NCBI GenBank assembly: GCA_028534125.1
Contig: CM052817.1
Span: 81,284,001 to 81,348,000 of the forward strand
Reading direction: 5' to 3'
DNA: 64,000 nt
Origin: Lama glama
Lineage: Eukaryota
In this document: positions 1-12,119 of the stretch, in pieces
Layout of the letters: the number at the start of each line of letters is the position of its first letter
Numbering within the stretch: position 1 is the stretch's first letter
Program-made: the position numbers and the translations under genes
The notes under the pieces: generated by a model
What the model was told of the DNA's origin: nothing
The model's input: only the letters and a program-made list of their open reading frames with translations
Databases searched by the model: none

Positions 1-203
1 ATTAGCCTTAAACGCGGATCCAGTGTCCTTATTACAGCCTTTCCTCTCATTCTCTCACTGAGTTCATGGGAGAGTTTGAAAGTGAAATGAGTTGATTTAC
101 CTCAGGAAACTTGCTCTGGTTCCTAGCCTTACAGCAGAATGCACGATGCTATGTTTCAAGACCCACAGGAGACAAACCTTTATCCCTGGAACCAAATATA
201 AGG

Positions 204-207
204 GCGC

Positions 208-245
<38 letters not shown>
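204..245. repeat. (GT)n microsatellite preceded by GCGCGCGCAC; 42-bp alternating purine-pyrimidine tract
   Basis: Direct read: gcgcgcgcacgtgtgt...gtgt. Confidence 0.97.
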
Positions 246-248
<3 letters not shown>

Positions 249-421
249 CCCCAGCTTTTGTCGTTGGGCCTGACAGGATGGAAGGCAGTGCCCAGTGCTG
301 GCACCATGTACCTGTTCCCTGTCTGGTTGTTAAATGAAAAAGTGACACCTGGACCCGCTTGTGATCTCCTGGATAGGATACTTGACTAAGATCCAGAATG
401 TTTGCCAGAGGCTCAAGGAAC

Positions 422-921
422 NNNNNNNNNNNNNNNNNNNNNNNNNNNNNNNNNNNNNNNNNNNNNNNNNNNNNNNNNNNNNNNNNNNNNNNNNNNNNNN
501 NNNNNNNNNNNNNNNNNNNNNNNNNNNNNNNNNNNNNNNNNNNNNNNNNNNNNNNNNNNNNNNNNNNNNNNNNNNNNNNNNNNNNNNNNNNNNNNNNNNN
601 NNNNNNNNNNNNNNNNNNNNNNNNNNNNNNNNNNNNNNNNNNNNNNNNNNNNNNNNNNNNNNNNNNNNNNNNNNNNNNNNNNNNNNNNNNNNNNNNNNNN
701 NNNNNNNNNNNNNNNNNNNNNNNNNNNNNNNNNNNNNNNNNNNNNNNNNNNNNNNNNNNNNNNNNNNNNNNNNNNNNNNNNNNNNNNNNNNNNNNNNNNN
801 NNNNNNNNNNNNNNNNNNNNNNNNNNNNNNNNNNNNNNNNNNNNNNNNNNNNNNNNNNNNNNNNNNNNNNNNNNNNNNNNNNNNNNNNNNNNNNNNNNNN
901 NNNNNNNNNNNNNNNNNNNNN
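422..921. other. Assembly gap, 500 N
   Basis: Exactly 500 consecutive n; a round length suggests a fixed-size scaffolding placeholder. Confidence 0.99.
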
Positions 922-2707
922 GTTCTTGCAGTATTCTATTCCATGTCCACAGTGGGTAGGCTAGCTCTCCTCTCTTCTGAGAGACTTCTCTACATATTCC
1001 TTGCTGGAGTACAGCCAGTCCATCCTCAATTAGAGGTAAAACTGCTGTCAGCAACTACTCAGACCCAAACTTTGCTTCTCTCATCCTTTGGATCCCTGAC
1101 AGAATTATTTTATTAGGTTCCTCTCTTTCAAACTTTTCAAATCTATCTGGATAAATTCTCTTCAGGTGCAGCTCCTTATTTCCAAGTTTAGCTGTCATTG
1201 CTATGATCATCAAAGAGAAGCCTTTCTTACTGCGTACAACAGAGCTTCAGCCTTGATAAAATCAGACTGCTTTCTGAAATCTAGTTTTGCATATCAGTGC
1301 ACCACCCTCCAGGAAATGGAGCTGCCAGTGAAACTAGCTAGGTTACGTATCTTTATATCTGTGCTCACTCGTAGACAGTGTTCATGACCAGCGAGCTGCT
1401 TCTGTTTCTTATGTAAACTCAGCACTTTAAATAGTCATTAGATTTCCTAAATGTGGTAACATAAGTCTGTGACTGTTTAGGAGTTTCTCATGAATATCTA
1501 GACTTTAAACAAAGAAGTTAAAGTAAATAATTTGATTTTTAAATGTACACAATCTCTATTATGGCTAATATCTGATAATTTATGAGGAAATTGTTGGTTC
1601 ATGTGTGTTATATTTATCCTTTTAGATCATAATTAGAAACTTTAAAATTTCCATTTCTGGAGTTTTTACTCTAGATTAGTTAATATGGTAAGATTAATGG
1701 AGAATCCAAACTAATTAATGACTAAAATATAAAATGTATGAAAACTTACAATTATTTAGATACAAAAAGGGTATCTTGTCTATACAAATGAATACATTTT
1801 TTGTGTTACCTATTATTTCACTGTGTGATGAAAATATCACAGAATCATATTTGTATCACTTCTCTTAATTAAAGTAATCTAGGCATACAGAAAATGGAGA
1901 AATTGAAGCAATAGTTTAGATTAAACCTTCAGCAAACCTTGGCATCTCTTTTCTATCCAGCACAAAATGCACTTCTGACCAACAACCTTTATTTTTTAAC
2001 TTCTTATCAAGTATTCTGGTGTTGTTTAGACATAATATAGTTCAAAAAATTAATTGAACATTTTAGTAAAAACAGTGAAAAGATGATGCTTAATGCAATT
2101 CCACTTATCTGTGTGATCCAAATGAATTTTCATGAAGCAGGTGGAGAAATTATAGTATGGAATATGAACTTGGTTTGTGACTTGGTTTCATTCATTCTTT
2201 ATCTTTAATGAAAAAAAAATTAAGATCTGAGTCATGGAGTTAGCTCTCATCCTTAATAAATTAGAGCAGTAGTATGAAGGTATCAGTTAAACAACTGTAA
2301 GAAAGCTGAGCCTAGCAACTTTTTTTAGGAGTAAATAGCTCCTTTATGAATTACAGGAGAAAACTCTCACACACAAATCTTACAGAAAACTTTTGAAAGT
2401 TGAATTGAGATCACAATAAATTACATTCGTTTGGATCAGTATTTTTGTCTAACTTTGAAGTAATATAAAATAACTTCTACCCTTAGGCTTACTAGCTTCA
2501 GGAGAAAAAAAAAAAAGGTACATGCACAAGGCATATCTTTTAGGAAGATTAAAAAAATAGGGTTGTATAAAAGACCCTGGATGATTTATCATTCATTAAG
2601 AAAAAGAGTGCACTATCTGGCCAGAGATTTCAAATCACCAAGCCGAGTTTTGAGAGGTCTGAAAAATAAAATGCCAACTTAATTAAAACAATAAGTAGAT
2701 AGGGGGT

Positions 2708-2738
2708 CAGATAGACAGACAGACAGACAGACAGATAG
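2708..2738. repeat. (GACA)n/(GATA) microsatellite
   Basis: cagatagacagacagacagacagacagatag. Confidence 0.9.
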
Positions 2739-4089
2739 AAAGTGAGCCTATAAATATAAGCTTAAAATGCAAATACTGGTGATACTTCTTCAATAGCCAA
2801 GTGATAACTAGTTAAAAAATATCAGAATGAAGTTGTTTTTGTGGTATCTGAAGGGATTTTTAGATTTCTTCTTTTTTATACGTTTTCAACACAGTTATAC
2901 ATTTTAACATAAGTAAAACAAAGTTATCCTGTTATTCTAGATGCTAACCCCATTCCTAAACAGCCCCACTCTCCTGGCCTAAAGAAGAGCAGGTTGTATG
3001 GGACGTGGACTGCTATTCATTTGTTCTGCCTTTTTCCTGAATCAAAACTTATAAATGCTGCATAATAAATAGAATTTGCATGGTCACTTGTACCAAAAAA
3101 TCTTTTGGTTTCCACTAGTCATCAGTCAAATATTCTTCCCCAAGGAACAATTATTTCCAATAATCTCCACTTTTTTTCCTTGTTCAGCCCTGTATTTCCT
3201 CAGTCTTTCTTGTAACTTCCATTATAAAGACAAGAGAAGCTGAAAGATCCCTCCTTCTGATCTATAGAAGACAAGGATTTAGGCTAAATCATTTTCAATA
3301 TTTCCTAAAGGCATTTGTAGCTGTCTTGAAAATCTAATAGAAGTAGTAATCTTTTTATTTATTTATTTATTGCTAGAATTACATCAACACAGATTGGTTG
3401 TCATAATGATAGAAGATCAGATTGACAGTAAAAAGATTGGTCTTTGAAAAAGAAAAAATGAGGAAACAAAATTTAATCAAATAAAGGCATTTTATTAGGT
3501 AGACCAGATCTTTCAACATATGGAGTACACATGGGAAAACAAAATAATTAAAGAGTCATTAATGGTAAGAAGTTTGGGAACCACGTATTAAGCTATCTTC
3601 CTCTTCCAAAGTGGAAGTGTTAAGAGATGGTGTTTGTAATGCTGAAAGAAGAAAGGAAACTTCAAACATCTGTAACTTCTTTATTTCAACAGGTTTATGG
3701 AAAAATTAAGCCTGTGCTATTATATTTTAAAATATTTATTGATATCTCAAATTTGACAAAATCAGGAGAGGGCTTAGTCATTTTGATTATTTTTAAGGAG
3801 TCTGAGGCTTTTTGGTGTAATTTTGGTATTTCAACTGGATGCATGTGGCATTTTGCAAGTTTTAGATAAGCTGGAAATGTTATTAATCAAATTATCTAAA
3901 ATGTATTTTATGGAAAGTAAAATATCACACATTTTATACACTTTTTTCAGAAGTCTTGGATATAAGGTCATAAGTCATATCATATATTTTCTTTTACCTT
4001 CAAAAAATACAATTAATATGCATAAGTTCTTTGTGACTTAGACTTTTCAATTTTTAATTTTTCAAAAACTAAAATATAGGATAACAATG

Positions 4090-4310
4090 TTCTTTAACAT
4101 CTTTATTGAAGTAAAACTGCTTTTCAATGAATTATACATGTTTAAATTGTGAACTTATGTAAGTTTTGCTATATGTATGCTGTCATGAAATTACCACCAT
4201 AATTAAAATAATAAGCGTACTCTACCACTACCAAAGGTTTTCTCATGCCTGTTTGAGATCCTTCCCTCCACTGTTTCTTGTGCCCCATTATCCCTGAGCA
4301 ACCTGACTGG
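4090..4310 (-). mobile_element. Old L1 (L1MC/L1MD-like) 3' end
   Basis: tttaacatctttattgaagta...tgaaattaccaccataattaaaataataagcgt...aaaggttttctcatgcct resembles the reverse complement of ancient L1 3' termini. Confidence 0.7.
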
Positions 4311-4314
4311 CTTC

Positions 4315-4551
4315 AAGGCCAGCTACAGAACTTGCAGAACCTAATACAAAATGAAAATATGAGCTCCGTTTCATGTTCAGAAAACAGAAAATTTCCTCTT
4401 AAAAGTACAAAGCTTTTTCTTTCCTTCTGTAGTCTCTCTCTTAGCTTGTCATGGTGGCTTTGTTTGTTTGGTTGGTTGGTTGGGGTTTTTATTTTTGTTT
4501 TTGTTTTTTTTGCTATTTAATATTATTCTAAGTTAAGAAAAATTGAACTTT
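4315..4551. mobile_element. MER45B/C-like hAT-Tip100 DNA transposon fragment
   Basis: ggccagctaca...aaaatgaaaatatgagctcc...aaagctttttctttccttctgtagtctctctc...ttgtcatggt...tttgctatttaatattattctaagttaagaaaaatt follows the recalled MER45 terminal sequence. Confidence 0.7.
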
Positions 4552-4552
4552 G

Positions 4553-7010
4553 AGGGGAGGAGTTCCAGATGGCAGCATAGGAAGTCCCTGAACTCACCTC
4601 CTCTTAAGAACACAATAATCTGTAGCCATTTATGGAATAATTTTCTTCTAAAAAGGACATGAGAACTAGGTGAACAGTGACTCCATAATAAAACATAAAA
4701 GAGACATGTTGATATGGGAAGAGAGGCAGAGACTTGGTCTTACCCAGAACCCCACCCCAGCCGCTGTGTCCCACAAGCAGGAAGGGATCCCAAAAGTATG
4801 GAACTTTGCCTCAAGGAGGGAGTACACTGTGCCTCACATCATGCACCTCAGCCAGATCCAGCCTTGGAAACAGGAGCCTCCCAAATGTCTGGTTTGAAAT
4901 CAACAGTGATTAAGTCCAAAGGAACCATAGAACTGTAGGGAACAGAGAGCCCACTTTAGAAGAGCTTGTGCACAGACCCACTCACCCTAAGACCTCATGA
5001 GAAGGTAACAGTTTGAAAAGCACCTTGATTATGAGTGAGCACAACCCACTTACTAATCCTAAAGTGGCTAAACAGACAGGAACCTGCAGTGACTTTCTCT
5101 GGGCACCAAAACGCTGGTGAACACCATTCTTGCAATCTCATTCTAACTCACCAGTAAGGAAGCTGGTGAGCGCCATTTGCGGTGTCTCCCCTCTAGCCTG
5201 CCAGCACCAGTGGGTGTGTTCTGAGCTCTGTACAGCCCACACGTTAGCTGTGCCACAACCTGGATGGCAGGCACGCCAGACCCTGCCATCTCCACACAGC
5301 AGCCTCGGCCCTGCCACAGCTGGTGAGGGTGTGCGGTTCACATGAGGGATGCCCCCTGAGCACCAGGCTCTGGAGAGGAAGGGAGATTGTGCTTGTGGGC
5401 CCAGTGGATCATCTCCTCCACAAAACCACACCTTTCAGACTGGTAGGGGTAGCTGTTTTGACTATACATAGAGTCAAACACAGAGAGTCAGGCAAAATGA
5501 GACAAAGGAGTATGTGTCAAACCAAAGAACAAGACAAATCTGCAGAAAAAGACCTTAATGAAATGAAGATAAACAACCTACCTGATAAAGAGACCAAGGT
5601 AATGGTCATAAAGATGCTCTCTGAGCTCTGGAGAAGAATGGATGAACACTGTGAGAACTTCAACAGAGAGACAGAAAATATAAGAAAGGGCCAAACGGAG
5701 ATTATAAATGAACTAAAATATACACTACAGCAGAATAGATGAAATAGAAGTCATTGATCTCACCCAGACAGACCAGAAAAATGAAAGGAAAATTTTAAAA
5801 ACCAAGGATAACCTTAAGGAACCTCTGAGATAACATCAAACAGAATAATATTAGCATTGTAGGGGTCTCAAAGAAAAGGGAGTAAGGAAAGGGCAGAAAA
5901 TGTATTTGTTAGAATAATGGCTGAAAAATTCCCTAACTTGGGGAAAGAAACCCATATCCAGGCCAGGGAAGCCCAGAAGGTTCCAAAAAAGATGAACACA
6001 AAGAGAACACACCAAGACACATTCTAATTAAAGTAATTAAAAATTTAAAAATTAAGGGCAAAGAGAGAATCTTAAAAGCACTGGAAGAAAAATAACCTGT
6101 TATGTATAAAGAAACCACCATACAACTATCAGAAGATTTTTCAGTGGAAATTTTCCAGGCCAGAAGTGGGTAGCATGATAGATTCAAACTGCTGAAAGGG
6201 AAAAATTTACAGCCAAGAATACTCCATCCGACAAGGTCATCATTCAGAATTGAAGGAGAGCAAAAGTTTCCCAGACAAGGAAAAACTAAAAGAGCTCATC
6301 ACCACTAAACTGGCCTTACAAGAAATGTTAAAAAAAAAAAAACAACTTCTTTAAGTGGAAAAGAAAAGGCTATAACTAGAAATAAGAAAATATGTGAAAG
6401 AAAAAAATCTCCTGGTAAAGTCAAATATATAGTAAAGGTAGTGGATCAACAACTTACAAAGCTAAGATGAAGGTTAAAAAACAAAAGTAGTAAAATAAAC
6501 TGTAACTACAGTAATTACTTAAGAGATATACAAAATAAAAATGTGTAAATTATGATGCCCAAACATGAAAAGTGGATTGGGGGTGGGTAGTAAAAATGTA
6601 GAGCTACAGAATGTGTTCAAGCATTTCATTTATGTCAATGGATGGATCATTCAGACAGATGGTTACCACAAGGTTCACATATAACAATAAATATATTTAT
6701 ATAGATATACATATACATATATGTATATATAGCAGTCTATTTATATATACAATGGAATATTATTCTACTATGAAAAAGAATGAGATCTCACCGTTTGTGA
6801 CAACATGAATGTATCTAGAGGGTGTTACGCTAAGTGAAGTAAGTCAGAGAGAGATGCAAATACCATATGATTTCACTTATTTGTGGAATCTAAAAAAAAA
6901 AATCAAATGAATAAATAAAACAAAACAGAAAAAAACTCATAGAAAAAGAGAACAAACTGGTGTTGCCAGAGGGGAGGGGAGGGTGGGAGGACAGGTGACA
7001 TAAGTGAGGT
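4553..7010 (+). mobile_element. L1 element with 5'UTR, degenerate ORF1, inter-ORF region and 3' end; nearly all of ORF2 is absent
   Basis: 5' start gaggggagg..ttccagatggcagcatagg; GC-richer 5'UTR; ORF1 homology 5497-6353; L1 3' motifs aatggaatattattc, ctaagtgaagtaagtcaga, tgtggaatctaaaaa and ttgccagaggggagggg at ~6750-6990. Confidence 0.88.
5497..6353 (+). pseudogene. Degenerate L1 ORF1p (stops and frameshifts)
   Basis: MRQRSMCQTKEQDKSAEKDLNEMKINNLPDKETKVMVIKMLSEL... is typical of the ORF1p N-terminus; later DNA motifs ataatggctgaaaaattccctaacttg, acaccaagacacatt, agagaatcttaaaagca and ccttacaagaaatgttaaa match the ORF1p RRM/CTD region. Confidence 0.85.
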
Positions 7011-7350
7011 TCTCTTCATGAACTCTCTCCTCTCTGGTGTTCTGCCCTGTAAACTCTGGGTTGAAAAGAATCCCTATTTTTGTCCTCAAATCAGGAGACC
7101 ATCAGGCTCTACCTGGGTTTCTTCTCCCTGTGCCATGGCCTGGAAACTTTCTCTAGGCAGTAAGCTAGGGCAATCATAGAGCTTATACCATTTGTTTTCC
7201 AGCCCTCAGAGATCACTGACCTTCTTTTTCTGATGTCTAATGTTTTAAATGCCTTTGTTTCATATGTTTCTTTTTTTTTTTTTTTGGTTATTTCAGATAG
7301 ACAGGTAAATCAGGTCCCTACTACTCCATCTTGACTAGAAAAAGAAATTC
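7011..7350 (-). mobile_element. Old L1 (L1MC/L1MD-like) 5' end
   Basis: ctaggcagtaagctagggcaatcatagagct...ggtccctactactccatcttgactagaa resembles the reverse complement of ancient L1 5' termini. Confidence 0.65.
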
Positions 7351-7360
7351 AAGCAATCTT

Positions 7361-7946
7361 TTATTTCTTCTTTTCCGTTATGGTTTATTATGTGATACTG
7401 AATATATAGTTCCTTGTGCTATCCAGTAGGAAATTATTTATTTATTTTATATATAGTAGTTTATATCTGTTCATCCCAAACTCCTAATTTATCCCTTCCC
7501 CTCCCACTTTCCCCTTTAGTAACCATAAGTTTGTTTTCTCTGCTTGGAGTCTTGTTTGTTTCATAGGTAAGTTCATTTGTGTCATGTTTTAGAGTCCACA
7601 TGTAAGTGATATCACATGATATTTGTCTTTCTCTTTCTGACTTACTTCACTTAGAATGATAATCTCTAGGTCCATCCATGTTGATGCAAATGGTGTTATA
7701 CCATATCACATCTTAATCCATTCATCTGTTGATGGACAGTTAGGTTGCTTCCATGTTTTGGCTATTGTAAATAGTGTTGCTGTGAGCATTGGGGTGCATG
7801 TATCTTTTCAAGTTATAGTTTTCTCTGGATATATGCCCAGAAGTGGGATTGCTGGATCATCTGGCAACTCTGTGTTTAGTTTTTTTAAAAGAACCTCCAT
7901 ACTGTTCTCCATAGTGGATGCACCAATTTACGTTCCTACCAAACTG
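7361..7946 (-). mobile_element. 5'-truncated L1 3' region (cetartiodactyl/L1MA9-derived type) with 13-bp imperfect TSD
   Basis: cccaaactcctaatttatccc, gtaaccataagtttgttttct, tctgacttacttcacttagaatgataatctctaggtccatccatg, ggatatatgcccagaagtgggattgctggatca; flanks ttcaagcaatctt (7348-7360) and ttcaggcaatctt (7947-7959). Confidence 0.92.
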
Positions 7947-8164
7947 TTCAGGCAATCTTGACTTTTTAAAAATTTATAGATAAAATTTTTGTTTTTTCTT
8001 AATAAATTTATAGCTGTTTGAAATCATATCTATCATTTCTTAAGCCTGTAAAAATTAACTAACTTATAACATCTAGAAGTTTAAGCTTAATATTTTTACT
8101 CTGTGTCTGCTCTTCTTTGTTCAGAGTCCCCTTAAGTCTTATCATTCAGTATAGTTTTCTGACT

Positions 8165-8290
8165 AAAAGCATGAGATCACTAGAGAGTATGTTAGAAAGG
8201 CAGAATCTCAGGCTTCAATCAAAACTACTGAACAAAGTTTTTAACAAGATCTCCAAGTAAAATATGTTAAATTTCAGAAAGTACTGCACT
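8165..8290. mobile_element. MER5-like hAT-Charlie MITE
   Basis: tgttagaaaggcagaatctcaggct...ctactgaa...ttttaacaagatctccaagt. Confidence 0.7.
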
Positions 8291-8389
8291 ATGGGGTACT
8301 TCTTCAGAAGGCACTGAGATCTCATTTTTAGTTCCTTAATGGGAATTCCTAGTCTAAGTTCAGGATCTTAACCTTGTACACCAAAGCAC

Positions 8390-8600
8390 CCCTCTTGGAA
8401 TCCAGCCATTATGCATTTGCTTTCAAATTCTGACAATTTCTGGCTGTGTAAATTTGAGTAAGGTAATTTCTAGTCTCAGTTTCTTCATCTATCAAGCAGA
8501 ACTAATAAAATTAATTTCATAGGAATGTTGTAAAATCAAATTAGACATTACATCTAGTATCTGGCATTATATCATAGCTTCTAAAGAAATGGTAATTATG
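8390..8600 (+). mobile_element. MIR SINE
   Basis: ttcaaattctgac..ctggctgtgtaaatttgagtaaggtaatt..tctcagtttcttcatctat..ttcataggaatgttgtaaaatcaaattaga (MIR core). Confidence 0.75.
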
Positions 8601-10239
8601 ATTATTATTAGTTTATTATCCTGTAAATTTCTGAAAGAAAAGAGTGATGTCAAATTTCTCTGCATTTCCTACAAGTGTTCTAAGAGAGAAGATACTTATT
8701 GCCTGATTGATTGATTGTAATGATATTTGAATGCTTTTCTATCTAGGTAATTAAGAAAAAATAGAAGTTAATGAAACTACTTCTAATGTGCAGAGTGTAT
8801 GACTCACTGAGCAGTCATAATCATTGAAGGAGAAAATAGACTACTTCATTCATGTTTAAGGGCAGAGTATGTTCAACTCATTGATTTTCAATGTTCATCA
8901 AGACAACTTCATTATGAAATTAATTTTACCTGCTTCTTATTCTTGTTTCATCTTAAGTAACAAAGCCACTCTGCCTCAGTGAAATTTTTTATTAAATACT
9001 CCTGCAAAACTTTAATGAATGTGCAGTGGCCTTCATTGCACTGCCACAATTCACCTTAATTTTATTGTCCAAATTTTTTTTTGAGAAAATGACAATCTAG
9101 ATAAGAGAGAAAGGAAATTCACCCAACACATCATGATTCAGTGTGTTGCTCTTTATACACAAAGGTGATATGACTGCCCTGTGATTACTATGACTAGTAC
9201 TAAAGATTTTTTTCCCTTGGCTTCTCTTCTTCCCAATTTTGGTGAAATATTGGAGCTAATCTACTGCAGTCTTTCAGGTTGTCACACTTTAATGATATGC
9301 AGCAAGCATTTTTGAGAGATTAATGAAAACTATGCATATATTTTGACCAGGTGGACTGAAAAAATGATTATAGCCATATTAAGATAATAATCTAAATGGC
9401 CATTTTGGGGCAGAAAAGAAATTTCTTAAGCATTATTCAAAATCTGTGTACAAAACAGCATATAAGAGATACAAAAATGATTTTAAAATTAATTTAATCA
9501 TTAAGGTTATTTTCCAAAAGCAAACATTATTATAAAATTATTTTAAGGCTAATATACTTATTTAATTGTAAAAGTATAAAAAATGCATTTCCTAATTGAT
9601 GTTGGGAATATTTTCTTCCATCCGTGACGCTATCAACTTTGGGAGAAAAAGAGCAAATATAAAATTTATTGTCTTTGGAAGAATCACTTGTCAAAACAAT
9701 TAGTAACTATCAACTTTTTATTTGAAAACTTGGTCTCCCATAAATGTGAAAAATATGCAGATCCCTTTCCCCGTACTCCCAAATTATTTGCATCTCCTAA
9801 GTCAAATTGCTGTTAGGGCTTATGAACTGCTGAGAAATATGAGGCTCTGAATTTGAAGTTCTCCAGATGATAACTAGTAACTAATATGGTGCTTTGTCTT
9901 TTATGGGACTGATTGAGACTCTGGAGACCAGCTTTAAAGAGATCCTGGACAAATACCAGAAAGAAGTGTATCCTGGAGAGGGCCAGCCTTTCCTGTCCCT
10001 TGGCAGAGACAGTGCTGGGCACCTGGAGAGCAGAGATCCTTCCCCTATGTACCCTAGCAGTAGCACTGGCAAACTTTTTGCCCATATATGTACAGCCCAT
10101 AAGGCAGTTGTGTCAGTGGGCTGTGGGACTAGTGCCATTGGGCATCTTCCAACAACCAGTTCTCATACTCTGTGAATTCACGAAGGAAAACACCTAGCCA
10201 CTTAAGGAACCGCAGCAAACTGAATGATCGGTCGGTATC

Positions 10240-10620
10240 TCTCAATCAGGGTCCAGGTGTTTTAACAGAGGTAATGTGGAATAGAGAGCAGTTAATGATG
10301 TATAAAAGTGATGTTAATTAGGCAACTGAAAGGCCAAGGGAGAACTCTGAGATCTCATGGAAGTAGCAACTACAAGGAGCAGGTACTACTTAGAAGGCTG
10401 GGGAAAAAGCAGAAAGCTTAGAAATATTAAAACAGAGCTAAAATTAAGACCTCTGAGGAAGGGGTCCTGTTCTACTGATCATGGCATCTTTGATTTGAAA
10501 AAGAGGTCGCATGGGGCTGGGACCCTGACTTCTGAGGAAGGGGCATTAGCCGTCTGGTGCTGGAGTATCTGAGGTTTGTGAGAAAGTCTTGTCAGAGCTG
10601 GAAAGGTTACAAACGACATT
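10240..10620. mobile_element. Ancient LTR fragment (LTR85/LTR88-like; family uncertain)
   Basis: ggaagtagcaactacaaggagcag...ggggctgggaccctgacttctgaggaaggggcatt...tggtgctggagtatctgagg resembles recalled ancient LTR motifs. Confidence 0.45.
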
Positions 10621-11671
10621 CCATGGCTACTATGTTTTCTGAAAGGTTTTGATATGAGGTTTGCTCTGTTATACATGGTAAGGGATGCCTGCATGTTTAG
10701 AGGGATTGCACAACAAGAAAAGAATAACTCACAATTTTATGAATACAAAGTTCAAGAAACTATATCGTTTTAAAATTATATGTGACACTTAGGGGAAAAT
10801 AACTGAAAGATTAAGGAGCAAAGGGCTCCAATGGGAAAGCCATACTTAATGATCAGCTAAGGTGCATATGCTATTTATAAGGTGACGAGGGCAAAATTGT
10901 GAAAAGGAATTTTGCCTTTTCCATTCTCTCTTCATCTATTAATTTCTCTTCTTTGTGAAGTATGTGTACTTACGTGCTACCTGGAACAGTTCAAAGCCGT
11001 CAATACAAGTGATATTAATTACTAGATAGTCCACCACTATAAATAATCTGCCTCTCATATCTCTGGGCCTTCAACCTCGACCTTCTCTTTATAGCTCTAG
11101 ATCAGCAGAAGATTCAGGGACATTGAATAGTGCTCACTAGACTTTTATTTTAATTTTTCCATGTATTCCTCTCTTTTTCAGAAAATACAAATAAGCAGAA
11201 ATAATAAAATTGACAGTAATTAGACTTTAACATTATAAAATATGTCTGTCATTCCAGACTTGTTTCTAAGCACATGTGTATATACATACATGAGTGAGGT
11301 GTGAATAAATGAGGAATGAATGAATGAATAACTCATTTAACAAAATGAAAAAGTGTATGTTTGTGTGTGTGTATATATGTATATACCCGTTTATTCATTG
11401 GACCACAAAGTCTGATCATCACTTAATGCCAGTAAATGTAGAATTACATTATCATTAGGATACACTGTTAATGGTAAAGAATCACATATGTTTTCTGAGC
11501 TTCAGTCTAGCTACCTCTTACTCATGATTTTATTTTTCTTGATTAATTGCATATAAAATATGCAGCTTTTACATACATTTTGCAATACTAAATACAGAAA
11601 CTACTCAAAATCCCACATTTTTGTGCTTTCTCTTCATTGAATTCATAGAATAGAAGTTTTTATTATCTAGT

Positions 11672-11880
11672 CCAGGAATAAGAAAACTTTCTGTAAAGGG
11701 TTAGATAGTAGCTCTTTTAAGGTTTTCCAAGCTCTGTAATCTCTCTGCAGTGTCTGGACTCTGCTATGGTAGTGCAAAGGCAGCCAAAGACAATACATTA
11801 ACAAGTGAGCATGGATTTATTTTGATAAAAATTTATACACAAAAATCAGCAGTGGTACTGTTTGGCCAGTTTTAACACCT
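11672..11880. mobile_element. MER58A-like hAT-Charlie MITE
   Basis: aaactttctgtaaagggttagatagta...actctgctatggtagtgcaaaggcagccaaagacaatac...gagcatggat...ataaaaatttat. Confidence 0.8.
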
Positions 11881-12005
11881 AATCCCACTTTGTTAGTAAA
11901 ACCAAGGCCTTGAAAGCTTAAAGAACTTTGCTCAAGGTCTGAAAGCTAGTTAAAGACACAAGAGCTACTGGGGTACATGCCTATAAACCCCTAGTCCACT
12001 GTGTC
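11881..12005 (-). mobile_element. MIR fragment
   Basis: atcccactttgttagtaaaaccaaggc..ttaaagaactttgctcaaggtc..agctagttaa. Confidence 0.6.
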
Positions 12006-12119
12006 TGCTGTATCCTGAAATACTGGCTTTTATGTTTTTCCTTCTCCAATTCTAATGATATGCCATCCAAAAAATATAAATATACATTTCTATTCCTAAT
12101 ATTTGATTTATCAATTCTA

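Noticed and set aside
361..1116. Long ORFs (185-251 aa) in the ORF track
   Set aside because: Artefacts of reading through the 500-N gap
5323..5742. 139-aa ORF as a host gene
   Set aside because: It is L1 5'UTR plus the N-terminus of degenerate ORF1p
9894..10175. 93-aa ORF with a protein-like stretch (LIETLETSFKEILDKYQKEVY)
   Set aside because: No recognisable family, no convincing splice sites, overlapping ORFs in several frames as expected by chance, adjacent to an LTR fragment
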